DNA from: a virus
Lineage: Duplodnaviria; Caudoviricetes
DNA length: 64,000 nucleotides
Direction: 5' to 3' (one strand)
IMG/VR virus record: IMGVR_UViG_3300030376_006611
Location: 549-64,548 of that record
Both the position numbers and the translations under genes were made by a program. Positions 21,046 through 32,600 of the stretch are shown here, one piece after another (positions within the stretch are counted from its first letter, which is position 1; the number at the start of each line of letters is the position of its first letter). The notes under the pieces were generated by a model. That model made no database searches, was not told where the DNA came from, and saw nothing but the letters and a program-made list of their open reading frames with translations.

Positions 21046-22425
21046 ATGAAGACTTTTGCATTTAAGAACTCTCAGAAGTACTGGTCTACCCGATACTCTT
21101 TTATTCCTAGGAACTACTCTACCTTGGATAGGGACATGTTTACTTCTCACCCCACGGGGTCTACGGCTATGTATATCCATGGCCCAAAGGCGTCTGCTGA
21201 CAAGAATACATTTTACGGGACAAAGATTTCGTCGAAAATTAAGTTTACCTTCAATAACGACCCTAGTCAAAACAAGATCTACAAAAACATATCTCTTGAG
21301 GGGTCGTTTGGTGAGGATAAAACAAACATATCTGGCACCTTCAAGTCCAATGACAGTACCGACTCCACACAGGCAAGGCCATCCTCAATAAGGGGCTGGA
21401 AAGAGAAGGGTTCTCATCTGCACGCTAATGTTGCCAACTCATCCAAAAGCGGTAGGTCAAACATAGAGCCTGTCGGGGTGTTTCGTAGAGCGCATCAGAT
21501 TTTCTTTCCGCAGAATGTTGCGGGCCTCGAAAGCCTTTTCAACGAAGCGCCTTTAGATTACTCTACGCCTGTACAAGCAAGTGACGATACAGGCCCCTAT
21601 ATTTTTCCATTCGGGATTCGTAATGAATTAGGCGCCGATCCTTTGGCTGGCATTGAAATTATAGATCCTGAAGCCTTGAACTCTGATACGTCTAGATATC
21701 TGTTCTTTGAAATTGATTTTTTCCAAGGCTACAAGGACTCATCAAAGGAGGTAAAGTATATCATAGACACTTCGAGCGCTCCGTTTATTCAGTCTATTCA
21801 AGGCAAATCATTTAACGAGATTGAATCAGAACTTTTTAGCGCCAAAAAACTGTGCGACAAAGCAAAAAACAAAGGTGTTTTGGACTTTAGGGAGAAGGTC
21901 CTTAACGACGATAACGAATTTGATTTTGGCGAAGGGCTTTCTGTAGATGGAAACAAAAGCAGCAGCGGGATTCTTGTTTACACAACTGCAGATACTATTC
22001 AGGGTGAACCGCAAATAACCTTTTTTGACTACGACGAAGATGGATTTGTGAGCACATCTGACCTCCTCGTATTTTTGACAGCATTTGGAAGTCAGGTTGC
22101 AAATGACCCTGCTGCAGAAATTTTTGATGCAACCCAAGATGGCGCTATCTCGACCGCAGATCTTTTGAGTTTTTTGACGAAATTCGGCCAGGAGGCGGAC
22201 CAGGTAGAAGATTTTACGATTCCTCGTTACGTGGACGCGCTAAACAGTCTTCAGGGTGTTTTGAGCGAAGATCTTATCGTATATGCCGTCACCCCAACGA
22301 CACTTAATGGAGAGGCGGCAAGAGGCAATTATGCCGATGTAAGCCTTACATTTCCAGGGGCGGATTTTGAGTTAGACATCATAAACCTTGATTATGAACC
22401 GACTCAGCTCGATCATAGCAGATAA
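21046..22425 (+). CDS. Split-off C-terminal part of the muzzle protein with a dockerin/EF-hand-like pair
   Basis: TFAF...WSTRYSFIP...NTFYG...FNNDPS.NKIYKNISLEG; DYDEDGFVSTSDLL and DATQDGAISTADLL. Confidence 0.6.
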   Translation: MKTFAFKNSQKYWSTRYSFIPRNYSTLDRDMFTSHPTGSTAMYIHGPKASADKNTFYGTKISSKIKFTFNNDPSQNKIYKNISLEGSFGEDKTNISGTFKSNDSTDSTQARPSSIRGWKEKGSHLHANVANSSKSGRSNIEPVGVFRRAHQIFFPQNVAGLESLFNEAPLDYSTPVQASDDTGPYIFPFGIRNELGADPLAGIEIIDPEALNSDTSRYLFFEIDFFQGYKDSSKEVKYIIDTSSAPFIQSIQGKSFNEIESELFSAKKLCDKAKNKGVLDFREKVLNDDNEFDFGEGLSVDGNKSSSGILVYTTADTIQGEPQITFFDYDEDGFVSTSDLLVFLTAFGSQVANDPAAEIFDATQDGAISTADLLSFLTKFGQEADQVEDFTIPRYVDALNSLQGVLSEDLIVYAVTPTTLNGEAARGNYADVSLTFPGADFELDIINLDYEPTQLDHSR

Positions 22426-22430
22426 TTCAC

Positions 22431-22439
22431 TAATTTTGC
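22431..22439 (+). promoter_or_regulatory. -7 promoter element TAATTTTGC
   Basis: TAnnTTTG match just before the ATG at 22444. Confidence 0.6.
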
Positions 22440-22443
22440 AATC

Positions 22444-23319
22444 ATGAGGATAGCCAAGACATTTCAGGACGGTACTGGATTTTTAACAAACATGATCAAG
22501 CCTGGAGAGGGTAAGACTGGTTTGGCAGGATATGCCAGCAGTGCTCTTGGATTTATGGGGGAGAATAAGCTCAGGCAGATGCCAAAGCTACAGGCTCAGG
22601 CTCTTGACACTGATGTACAAAGCAAGCAGAGGCTACTTGAAAGGGCCGCCGTTATGCCAGAGGCAAGCAGGCTTGGGCTTGACGAAATGCAACGCAAGGT
22701 TGAGCAATCTGAGCAGGAGGATGCATCGACGCTTGCCACACTCATAGAGTCTGGTATGTCTCCTGCGGAGGCAAACAATGTCCTGTCTGAGAATAGAGAA
22801 AACAGAACAAGTGGATTGATTAGTCAGTTGGGACAGATGGATGCTTTGCAGAATCAGAGAGACATGATGCAGAAGCAGGCGACCGATGCTGCGTTTGCTA
22901 ACCTTGAGGACTCTAAGGTCGCAAAGGAGCAGTTCGACATTCTCGGTCAAGAAGAGGCGGATGCAGAGGCAATGTTTGCATTCGGAACACAACTCTCAAA
23001 CCTTGAGGGATTGATTAACCCACAGGCTGCTGCACTCACCGCCTCAGGGAATGCAAAGGTCAGCGAAAGAGGCTACAAGCACGGGGGAATCACCCCAGGC
23101 CCTCACGATCACGATGTGCTGAACCTTATCATCTCACACGAGGACGGGTCACCCGCTCTTGACAGTGACGGTGACGAGATGCATGTGACTGGTAGTGAGG
23201 CAATTATTCCAGACTACATCTTTGAGGAGCTCATGGCTGCTGCAAAGGCAGGAGATAAGAACGCTCTGTTTGAGATCTTCATGGATGAGATCGCCACAGA
23301 AGAAAGATTCCAAGTATAA
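22444..23319 (+). CDS. Internal virion (cargo/ejection) protein 1
   Basis: Helical Q/M/E-rich; C-terminal YKHGGITPGPHDH...VTGSEAII motif recalled from crAss-like cargo proteins. Confidence 0.55.
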   Translation: MRIAKTFQDGTGFLTNMIKPGEGKTGLAGYASSALGFMGENKLRQMPKLQAQALDTDVQSKQRLLERAAVMPEASRLGLDEMQRKVEQSEQEDASTLATLIESGMSPAEANNVLSENRENRTSGLISQLGQMDALQNQRDMMQKQATDAAFANLEDSKVAKEQFDILGQEEADAEAMFAFGTQLSNLEGLINPQAAALTASGNAKVSERGYKHGGITPGPHDHDVLNLIISHEDGSPALDSDGDEMHVTGSEAIIPDYIFEELMAAAKAGDKNALFEIFMDEIATEERFQV

Positions 23320-26300
23320 TGGCAAACGGATTTGACCCAAGGAGCCAGTTCTACAAAGCCCAGGCATCACAGGTAACGCAGAAAAGGCAGGCACTGACAT
23401 ACGCTAGGCAGCGTCAGGACGCCGAAGAAAGAACTAAGGTCCAGAACGTAAATACGCTATCTGGCTTTCAGGCGTCTCAAATACCTGAGGGTCCTATGCG
23501 CCAGATCTACGAGGACCGCATCAGAGACGCACAGTCGTATATGAACGGTGCTGGGTCATACGAGGGTCAAGAGTATAGCGCTCTTGAGGCTGCGAACAAG
23601 ATCTCTGGCCTCACCACGATGTTCAACAAGATGTCGGCCCACAATATGGGGGATGTAGCAGAGGCCCAGGCCGCCTACAAGAAGGGGGCGTTTGAGATTG
23701 CGGAGGACAGAGAGAGAATCAATCCATACGGAGACCCTAGCGGGGAGGCGGTATATGCCAACAACTCACCCGACGGGTACAGGTCCAGAGTGCAAAGACA
23801 CAACAACTACTTCCAGTGGACTGGTGATTACGACGCAAACGGAGATCCTCTTGGGTACATGATCGGCGATGACGGTCAGCCCACAGGCGAGCCCACAAGC
23901 ATCTTTAAGATGCAGGGGTATGCCAACCCATCGGCCTTTGAGAGTGACACCGTAACGGAGCCTATCCCAGCCCTTGTAGATGTGGTTTCAGACCCCAAGC
24001 TTCAGAGACGCATGAGCACGATTGCTGCGCTGCAATCCACCCAGGACATCCTCAAGGAGAAGAATATCGCAAACGACGCCGCCCTTAGCCATCAAGAGAT
24101 AGCGTCTATGGTTATCAGAGACTACATGGGCACCAGCAAGGAGGATATGGAGTTCAGAGAGTCTATTGTTAGGGAGATGCAGAATAGAGGCTTTGAGCTT
24201 AAGGATCATCAGATACAAGCGTTCATTAACAATCCAACATCAGCAGACCCCACAGCTCTTGGTGATATTCAGCAACACGCTGCTGAAATTTTGTCTGACC
24301 TTACGTACAACGCCCCTACTGTAGCTTCTAGTCCATTTGAGGGCAAGTTTGAGGTTCAGGGTCGTGGCGGATCTGTAGCTGATGCTACGTATATGGTGGA
24401 GGTTGATAGGCTTAGAGAGCCAGTTGAGATTTCTGGTGGTGAGAACCTTCCAGGCGCATCAAATAGCTACACAATTAACGGGGTGGGGTTTGACCAAACA
24501 AACGGAGATATTCTCATACCGATTACCTATACAGAGGAAGAAGACCTCGATGAAGAACAAAGAGGTCTTGATATTGAGGCTCGCACATTTACCACAAATA
24601 GAACACTTAGAATCCCAGCTGGCGAGCTGAATCAGGCCGACCCATTGGCTCTTGAGGCGTATAGAAACTTGCCTCCGATGGAGCAGGCCAGGATCAACAG
24701 TCAGATTGCTACGAGCAGAGTGATTAGCGATGAGGATATGGCCTCTGAGCTTTCTGGAGCGACGACCACGGCACAGACGCCTACACCACCCACAGAGCCA
24801 CAACCTCAACAGGAGGAGACTCTTGACATCGAGGATATTCCGCTAGAAGAGGAGAACCTTGATGAAAGCGTAGATGGCAGACCGCTTACACCTCTTGCAG
24901 CCCTCCCAGCGCAGACCTCTTCGCTTATTGATCAGGCCAACGAGGTTAATGAAAGATTCCCAGTCAGGGGAGCGTCTAGAACACCTGAGATTGCTGCAGC
25001 TACAGAAACATTAAGAGATCCTTCAGCCACAGATGGTGCAAGAGATCGTGCTGAATCTGTGCTTCAACAGGTGATTAGCGATGGTGAAAGAATGGAAGAG
25101 CTTAGCAGGGCAGAAGATATACCTGATAATGCAGCCGTATACAGGGGTAGCGTTTATGTGCCAGCCACTGAAAACACTCAAAACCCTGTCTCCGTTCCAG
25201 GCAGAGAAGGGAATTGGGAGTATGTAGGAGACCGCACCCCAACGCCTGATCCAGGACAACAAGTGTACAGACCTATGACCGCAGCTCAAAGAGAGATCGG
25301 AGAAGCTGGAATGGCGGGCGTATCTGTACCTACATTTAGTCAGGATGTTCGTCGGGCTGAATCTGCTGTTACTGAAGCTATAGGGAACGCTGCTAGAGAC
25401 TTAGGATTGGGAGCGCTTGATGATAGAGCTGACGAAATAGGTAGAAGCGTGGCTAACTCATTGTTCGGTCCAACGGAATTTAATAGGCAGGTCGGGGAAT
25501 CGGTAAGCGACGCTTCGTCTGCTGCCTCTAATTTGGCCAGAGACATTAGGGATAACTCTGGTTCTAACCTCAAAAGAGCTTACGATGCAGCGAGAGAGAC
25601 CCTTGGTGGCGCAGGAAGCGCTTTCCTCAACTTTATCACTGGAGCGACTAGCGGCATTGAGGAAGCTGGCGCGGAGGCACGGCCCCCTGCCCCACGCCCA
25701 TCTGGATCTACATTTGTTCCGCCATCTCCTGTCAATACGATAGCCACCCCAGAGACTGTCGCTAATCCGTCACTCGCACCTGAGTCCGCTGATGTTGTTG
25801 CTGAAAGAGAAAGGCTGCAGGATGTAGAGGGTCGCCTCGCGGAAGAGCAGGCTGCTAAGAGGGAAAGGCTTGAGACAATAGAGTCAGAGCAGATGCCAGA
25901 GTATCTAAATGAACTTGCGAGTTTAGTCCCAGAGATGAATCTTGTTTCTAAATTTGAAGGTTACGCATCTGAAGCTCCATCTGCTATTAGGGCTAATGTC
26001 CCTAAGGGTGATGATGGTAAGCCACATAATAATAGTGGATACACTATAGGTGGATTAGATATATCAGAGCACTCCCTTGATGATCTTCCCTTCTTAAATA
26101 CAATACTTATGAGGGATGATTTTGAAAAACTCAAACAGCTAGAGGGTCTTAAGGGTCAAGCAGCTCAGGATAAATTAAACGAACTATCTGAGGGTGGTTT
26201 TGATGCAAATCTATCTTATCTCAAGCCTAACGACATTCGATTTATAGAGGCAGAGACCTACAGAACTAAAATACTTCCAGATCTTCAGACTAATCTTGAA

Positions 26301-26621
26301 GAAAATGGTGCATCATTAAAAGACTTTAAAAATCTACCTCTTAGTGTAAGGGATGCAATGAACTCTGTATTCTTCTTGTCGCCAGCATCTGGGTCACCTA
26401 AGACAACAAAACTTCTTGCTAAAGCTATGAATAGCGGAGAAAAGAGCGACTGGGAGAAACTTGTAAAAGAGCTTGATAGGTTCTGGGATAGATCGGATAA
26501 AACTCAAGAGGAGAGAGTAAGGGATGAGGATGATGGCATATCTCGGGGTCATGTAAGAAGAATGCAGGCCAGCGCTGCTCAAGTAGCAAAGCAATACGAT
26601 ATACCGTATACTAAGAGCTAA
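23319..26621 (+). CDS. Internal virion protein 2 with C-terminal pesticin/lysozyme-like muramidase domain
   Basis: VSKFEG...VP...SGYTIGGLDIS from ~25935 resembles the pesticin C-terminal glycosidase signature. Confidence 0.6.
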   Translation: MANGFDPRSQFYKAQASQVTQKRQALTYARQRQDAEERTKVQNVNTLSGFQASQIPEGPMRQIYEDRIRDAQSYMNGAGSYEGQEYSALEAANKISGLTTMFNKMSAHNMGDVAEAQAAYKKGAFEIAEDRERINPYGDPSGEAVYANNSPDGYRSRVQRHNNYFQWTGDYDANGDPLGYMIGDDGQPTGEPTSIFKMQGYANPSAFESDTVTEPIPALVDVVSDPKLQRRMSTIAALQSTQDILKEKNIANDAALSHQEIASMVIRDYMGTSKEDMEFRESIVREMQNRGFELKDHQIQAFINNPTSADPTALGDIQQHAAEILSDLTYNAPTVASSPFEGKFEVQGRGGSVADATYMVEVDRLREPVEISGGENLPGASNSYTINGVGFDQTNGDILIPITYTEEEDLDEEQRGLDIEARTFTTNRTLRIPAGELNQADPLALEAYRNLPPMEQARINSQIATSRVISDEDMASELSGATTTAQTPTPPTEPQPQQEETLDIEDIPLEEENLDESVDGRPLTPLAALPAQTSSLIDQANEVNERFPVRGASRTPEIAAATETLRDPSATDGARDRAESVLQQVISDGERMEELSRAEDIPDNAAVYRGSVYVPATENTQNPVSVPGREGNWEYVGDRTPTPDPGQQVYRPMTAAQREIGEAGMAGVSVPTFSQDVRRAESAVTEAIGNAARDLGLGALDDRADEIGRSVANSLFGPTEFNRQVGESVSDASSAASNLARDIRDNSGSNLKRAYDAARETLGGAGSAFLNFITGATSGIEEAGAEARPPAPRPSGSTFVPPSPVNTIATPETVANPSLAPESADVVAERERLQDVEGRLAEEQAAKRERLETIESEQMPEYLNELASLVPEMNLVSKFEGYASEAPSAIRANVPKGDDGKPHNNSGYTIGGLDISEHSLDDLPFLNTILMRDDFEKLKQLEGLKGQAAQDKLNELSEGGFDANLSYLKPNDIRFIEAETYRTKILPDLQTNLEENGASLKDFKNLPLSVRDAMNSVFFLSPASGSPKTTKLLAKAMNSGEKSDWEKLVKELDRFWDRSDKTQEERVRDEDDGISRGHVRRMQASAAQVAKQYDIPYTKS

Positions 26622-26643
26622 GCCCTCTAATCCTATAATTAAG

Positions 26644-26652
26644 TATATTTGC
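26644..26652 (+). promoter_or_regulatory. -7 promoter element TATATTTGC
   Basis: Directly precedes the ATG at 26655; the tracked TTG start at 26649 lies inside the motif. Confidence 0.7.
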
Positions 26653-26654
26653 GT

Positions 26655-29600
26655 ATGGCAAATGAATTTGACAACACGGACCCACTGCAGTTGAGTGAAA
26701 CCCCACAGGCAGCGGTTCCAGAGCCCGTACAGCCACAAGCAGCAGTCCCAGAGCCCGTACAACCACAGCAACCTGTACAGCAACAGCCTACGCAGCGCGA
26801 GCTTACCAACGAGGACCGCATCAACTTCTACAGAGGCAAGGGGTACTCTGACGGTCAAATTATTGACATTCTTGACGCATCGGGAAAGGCCAGCAGAGAG
26901 CAGGCTCAGGGAATTATGCTTTCTCAATACGAGAACCAGAGAAGAGAGACTCTTGCGGAGAACGAAAGACGCAAGAAAGAGCAGGCCGATGCAGAGAGGC
27001 ACCTGATCGAAAGGCAGCAGGCCCTCGATGCACTCTTAAAAAAAAAAGATTCAGCATCGGATCCTTCCACTTTGCCTGGTGGCGCGGAGGTAAGGGCTGA
27101 CCTAGGCCTCCCAGCTGCAGAACCTAGAGACGTAGACGCTGAAGTTAACGAACTTGTCCAGCAGGAGGGGTTTGAGAGCTTGAGATACGAAAACTCTAGA
27201 CCAGAGGATTACGACACCCCAGAGCTTATGCGTATGTATCAGGCTAATGGTCAGCTTGCTGATCTTGCCGCGAGTATGTCTGCGTCTAACGCAGCAATAG
27301 AGGCTCTGAAGTCTGGTGACAATCAAGAACTTAGAGAGGCTGTGGAGGCCGCTGACAACGAGGCTGTCCAAGATCTTTTTCAGAACTACATCACGGCTGA
27401 CCCCAGATCTAGCGATTATGGAGAGCTTAAGCAGAAGCTTAGTCAGGGGCTTTTCGACCAGTATGAAGAATCTGATAGGCAGTCGTCACTGGCCATGCAG
27501 CAGCTTCAGTCTATCAACGAGGAGATTGGACTGCCATGGAACTATAAGAATGATAGTGAGATAGACAGGGCTCAGGCCATGATTGAGTCTATGAGAATCA
27601 GAGAGGACGGGGAGCGGACAACTCAAAGGTATCAGGACATGCTGTTTAGCCAGCGTATGGCTAGGGCTAGGTACGACGAGCTTGAGGACATGCTACCCGA
27701 CTGGCTTGTGGCCAGATCTGTTGCAGCGGGCAACTTTGCCAACAACATGATTTCTGTTATGCCAAACCAAATCGCTGGTCTAGCATTCGATCAGATCGGG
27801 GACAGAGATAAGGCGAATGAGTACTTTGAAAAAGCTCGTAGAGTCTCTGACTACAACCAACAGCTCACATCAGAAAGAAACAAAAGAAGCTACGAGTTTA
27901 CCGACGAGGAGCTAAACACGGGTATTTGGGAGAGCATTGTAGGGGCCTGGAACGGGGAGGAGGATAAAGGATGGGGTCTTGTCGCAAGAAAGGCTGCAGC
28001 CACTTTTGAGGACGTGTTTCCAGATGTCGCCTTTGCTGTCGTTACCATGGGTGAGGGCGCGGCCATGAAGAACCTCGCCAAGGAGGGTCTCAAAGAGGCT
28101 ACAGAGGAGGGCGTCAAGAGGCAGCTCAAGAGAAGGATTTTACTTGGAAATGGCATTAGCGCATCTACCGCCGCAACGTTTGGTGTCCGCTCTATGGGGG
28201 ATACATACGACTCGGTATTCGATGACCCTACAAGAACCTTGAATGAGAAGATGTTCTTGGCAACATCAGTCGGTGTCGCCGAGGCAACTATGCAGTTTAT
28301 CTTCAAGGGCGCTGAGGCTGGCTTGGCTAGGGGTGGAACGGCCCTTAGAAATTTTGCCTCTGGCGCCGCAGAGAAGAACTGGAAGCAGGCTATGAGGGAT
28401 GCCCTGAAGGGGGTTACAAAGAGGCAGATTGCTTTGAGAGGAGCTGGTCAAACTGCTGGAGAATTTTTTGAGGAGGCAATAATTGAGGGTATAGATCAGT
28501 CAGTTAGAATCGTTCAGGATAAGATGGCTGGGCGACCAACCAAGGGTTTTGACACGAATGCGATTATGGATGCTGGTCTCGCTGGTCTGTTGGGTACGGG
28601 GCCTATGACCACTTTGCAGGCTTCATCGGCTATGATGGCCAACCACAAGGTGAAGAAGAGTCGGTCATACGTTGTTGAGCAGCTTAGAAAGCTTGACAGG
28701 GACATGATGCTTACGACAGACGCTTCTATTCTTGGGGGCATGAAGGCTAAGCGTAGAGAGCTTGAGGGGTATCTCAATCAACTTGAGGGCATGTCTGAGG
28801 CTGAGTACCACAAGCTCACAGACAACGAAAAGAAGCAGATCAACGCGATCCACAGAGAGCTTGCTACTACCCGAGATCAAATCAAAAGAGAGAAGAATCC
28901 AGACACCAAGAGAAGACTGGAGGAGAGGTTTGAGGGGCTTTACAAGAGAAAGGTTGATATCGAAAAGGCAGCGGAGTCTAGAGCTTCCATGGCACCAGCA
29001 CCGCCTCTTCCAGACGCTGAGGGCAATGATGTTGCTTCAAACGAAAGAGATGTAGACGCGGCTACCGAACAGGAGCACGCCGCTATGCCAGAGGAGCAGG
29101 ATCAAGAGGCCCCAGATATCACAGAGGCGATTGATAAAAAAGTTGACGGCCATGTTGCGTCTCACAGACGTGCCGTGGAAAGGACTGCCTCAGATCCAGA
29201 GAACTCAACTAGACACGCTAGGACTGCCAAGTCAATGCGCACAAAGGCCAAGAAGCTTTTGATGGCTGAGGGCATGACAGAAGCGGAAGCAGAGGCAGAG
29301 GTCGATAGAAGAATCGGTACTGCTCAGGCGGACACAGAGACCAAGGGCGATAGACCAGCAAGGTCTGTTCGGATGGGCCTTGTTGGTGACACCGACGTAA
29401 ATGCTGACTGGATTGGAGATGGCCCAGGGCAAATACCGCTTCCTGTTGTGGCTCAGATGGACCGCATGAAGCGAGCGTTTGGTAAGCTTCTCGATTCTAT
29501 GGGGGTACACCTTCAGATCCATCTTGATGCAGAGTCATTCTCGGATGCTACGGGGACGGGTAAGAACACGAGAGGGGTATACGACCCGTCTACGAAAACA

Positions 29601-32600
29601 ATCCACCTGAACCCCAACAGCAACGTAAAGGATGTGATAGAGGAGTTCGGTCACGCCGCATTTAGATCTATACTCAAGTCTGACTCTAAGTTTGCGAAGA
29701 GGGTGTACGAAAACATCTTGTCCGAGGCGGGCTTAGGTCAGGGCGCGTTCGGTAGAATAGACCCTAAGACTGGTATGCTTGTTCTGCCTAAGAACTTTAG
29801 AGAGGACGCGAATCTCCAACAGCTTGCAAAGGAGAATCCATTTGCATTGGCAGTTCTTAAGACGGAGGATCTTTACCCAGACTACGACAATGCTCGTCGA
29901 AGGGAGGAGACAATACTTGAAGCACTCAGGGAATACGCCACCAACCCCAGCAAGTTCAACACTGCGTCTAGACGTGGCCGAGGTAGAACTAGGGTTGATC
30001 AGCTCAAGGCTATCGTAAACAGGGCCATGGTCAAGGCTGGATTCAGAGGCAACTTTATTTCCCCTGACTCTGGCGTAGACTTCTACAGCTTTGCAGAGAG
30101 GTTCAAGCTTGCCACTGAGGGCGTGGAGACTGACGTTACTATGGACGAGTCTGACTACACAGCTCAGACCAACATAGAGAACTCCACCCCTAGGAAGAAG
30201 AAGAACGCCAAGAAGAAGGCCAAAGAAAAGATTGTGGCTAGGACTGGTGAGTCACCAAAGGATGCTGTTAAGAGGCACAGGAGGGAGCAGGAGGCTAAGC
30301 GCAGAAGAGAAAGCGCTAGAGCGGTAGAGGATTTTGAAGGCACTCTTGGGAGATCAGAGCCACTTGAGTCAAGAGACGGTGGCGCCTTTGATTACTTGAG
30401 AGACACTGAGGTGTTCTACGATTCTGTGCCTCCACTGAGCGGCGGTGTGGTTAATCAGGTGCCTAGAAAGAAGTCACTCAAGGTGAAGGACTACTACCAC
30501 TTCAGGAACTGGTACAACTACATGACCAGAAACCAGACGGATAACAACATCAGGCGTATGTACTACGTCAAGGATGGGGTCAAGAAAATGATCAATCCGC
30601 CTAAGATTGCAATCGACAAAGAGACTGGAGAGCCTAAGTATATCTCGGGACCAGAGACTTGGGTGCAGCGTCAGGTTAGACTGAACACCGAGGCACTTGA
30701 AAGAAGGGCTCAAGCGAGAAAGCAGCAGCTCAGAAACCCCGATGACGTAGAGCCAGGGCAGTCTCTTGGAGACGGTAATGTTCAGCTTGAGTCCAGAGAG
30801 GGTAGCGTATTCTCTGCCGCAAATCAGCTTCAAGCTCACAACGAAAACCGTGGATCTACATTTACGTTTGACGGTGTAAATCAGGTGGGTAGGCCCATGT
30901 CTGCCGTGTCTATCTTCCCAGAGAGAAGCAGGATAATTACGGGTCAACTTACTGAGGATCAAATAAATAAGTACGTTCAAGACAACAAAGACTTTACGTC
31001 AGGCAACGAGGACGTTCTTGCTATTGGTACGTGGTACGAAGCACCAGAGAATCAGACATACCTTGACATATCTGCGGTGCTGCCTCATGAGCAGGCAAAT
31101 CAGCTCGGTAGAGATTACAACCAGAAAGCGGTATTTAACCTTGAGACACTAGAAGAGGTTGATACTGGAGGTACTGGTGAGGCTGTTCAGGGTCTTAAGC
31201 CTGAGTCAGAGAGAGTGGCCGATCTTAGAAGAATGGCTGGTGAAAAGCTTGAGGCTAGAGCAGGCGGTGTATTTGACACACTGGATATGGCTGAGGCCAA
31301 GAGAAAGGGTCTGCCGACAGATAACATCGAGTCAATTAGCGGGGCCCAGATACGATTCTTCGGATTCGACAGAACCATGCCTACGGTCATTGAGGATCTC
31401 AACCACCGCATCGCTTCAGGCGTACAGTACATCTTCAATAGGCGCGTCCCGTACAAGGAAGGGGATGCTAGGCTCATCACTGCCCATAGAAATGTGGAGA
31501 TGGCAAAGCAGGAGTACAACGGCCTGAAGAGGCTTGCTATGGCAGACTCAAAGTCCGCAAATCCTCTTGGATACATTGCCATTGGATTCAGCCTCAACGG
31601 TGAAGCATCTACCACTGGAAACCCAGACGTATACTCCTATCTAATTAAAAAATTTAGGCAGAAGTTTGACGGGGACGAACTTATCGGTAAGACAAACACT
31701 GCGGTAAACAGCATTACGAAAAAGTACAAGGCCCCCATGATCAATCGTATTCAGGAGAAGGCGATCGAGGAGGGGAGAAATGATGTGTCAAGCGCAATAG
31801 ACATTGAGTTCAACGATAAGGGGCAACCAGTTACCGCCTCTGCAAACATTACAACAGCAGAGCAGGCTGCTTTTGTCCTAGATATGCTTGAGGATGCATC
31901 GTCTCCATTCACATTTAACGAGCGCAACTTCTCATCTGGAAGGTTTACCCAGCGTATCACACCTATGAAGGAGGTGATGAATAAGGTTATTGACCCGCTG
32001 TTTAAGAACGCCGATCTCGGCACTGCGGTGGCGTTTGTGAAAGTCCCATACAGAATTGAGAACGGTGACGTTAAGGGCTTTGACATCGTTGAGGTACCAG
32101 GGGATCCATTCGCTGGCGCGATTGTGGTTGAGCCTGGATTTGACAATCAGTTTGAAGGTCACCGTCTTACTGAGAGACAGTACAGGCTTGAGGATATCAT
32201 GCCAGACTACTCTATGGCCATGGGTACGAAGGAGGTTATAGACCCAGAGACTGGTGAGAAGACTCGTGTGCCAGCACGCAGACGTCGCTTGAGCTCAGCT
32301 GTGGCTGCGGCTACAAGAGATGCCGAGGGGCCGATGAAGGACTTTGAGGCCAAGGTCAGGGAGAAGGTGTCCAATCAGGCCGCCAAGAATGTATTCAAGG
32401 GTGTCGTCAACATCAACTACGGGGACGTAGGGGCGATGGAGGAGGACATCTACATGGGTAGCAAGTCAGCAGTTCAGAGACCATCCGCCACCACGGACAT
32501 TGCCATGGATGCTATGGAGTCTAGAGAGGGCAGTGTCTTTGAGTCTAGGGCTGAGGATGCACCGACCCCAGGAAGACCTGACGGTCAGTTCCAACAGAGA

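Noticed and set aside
13723-22425. Diversity-generating retroelement targeting tail genes
   Set aside because: No reverse transcriptase and no near-identical template/variable repeat pair noticed.
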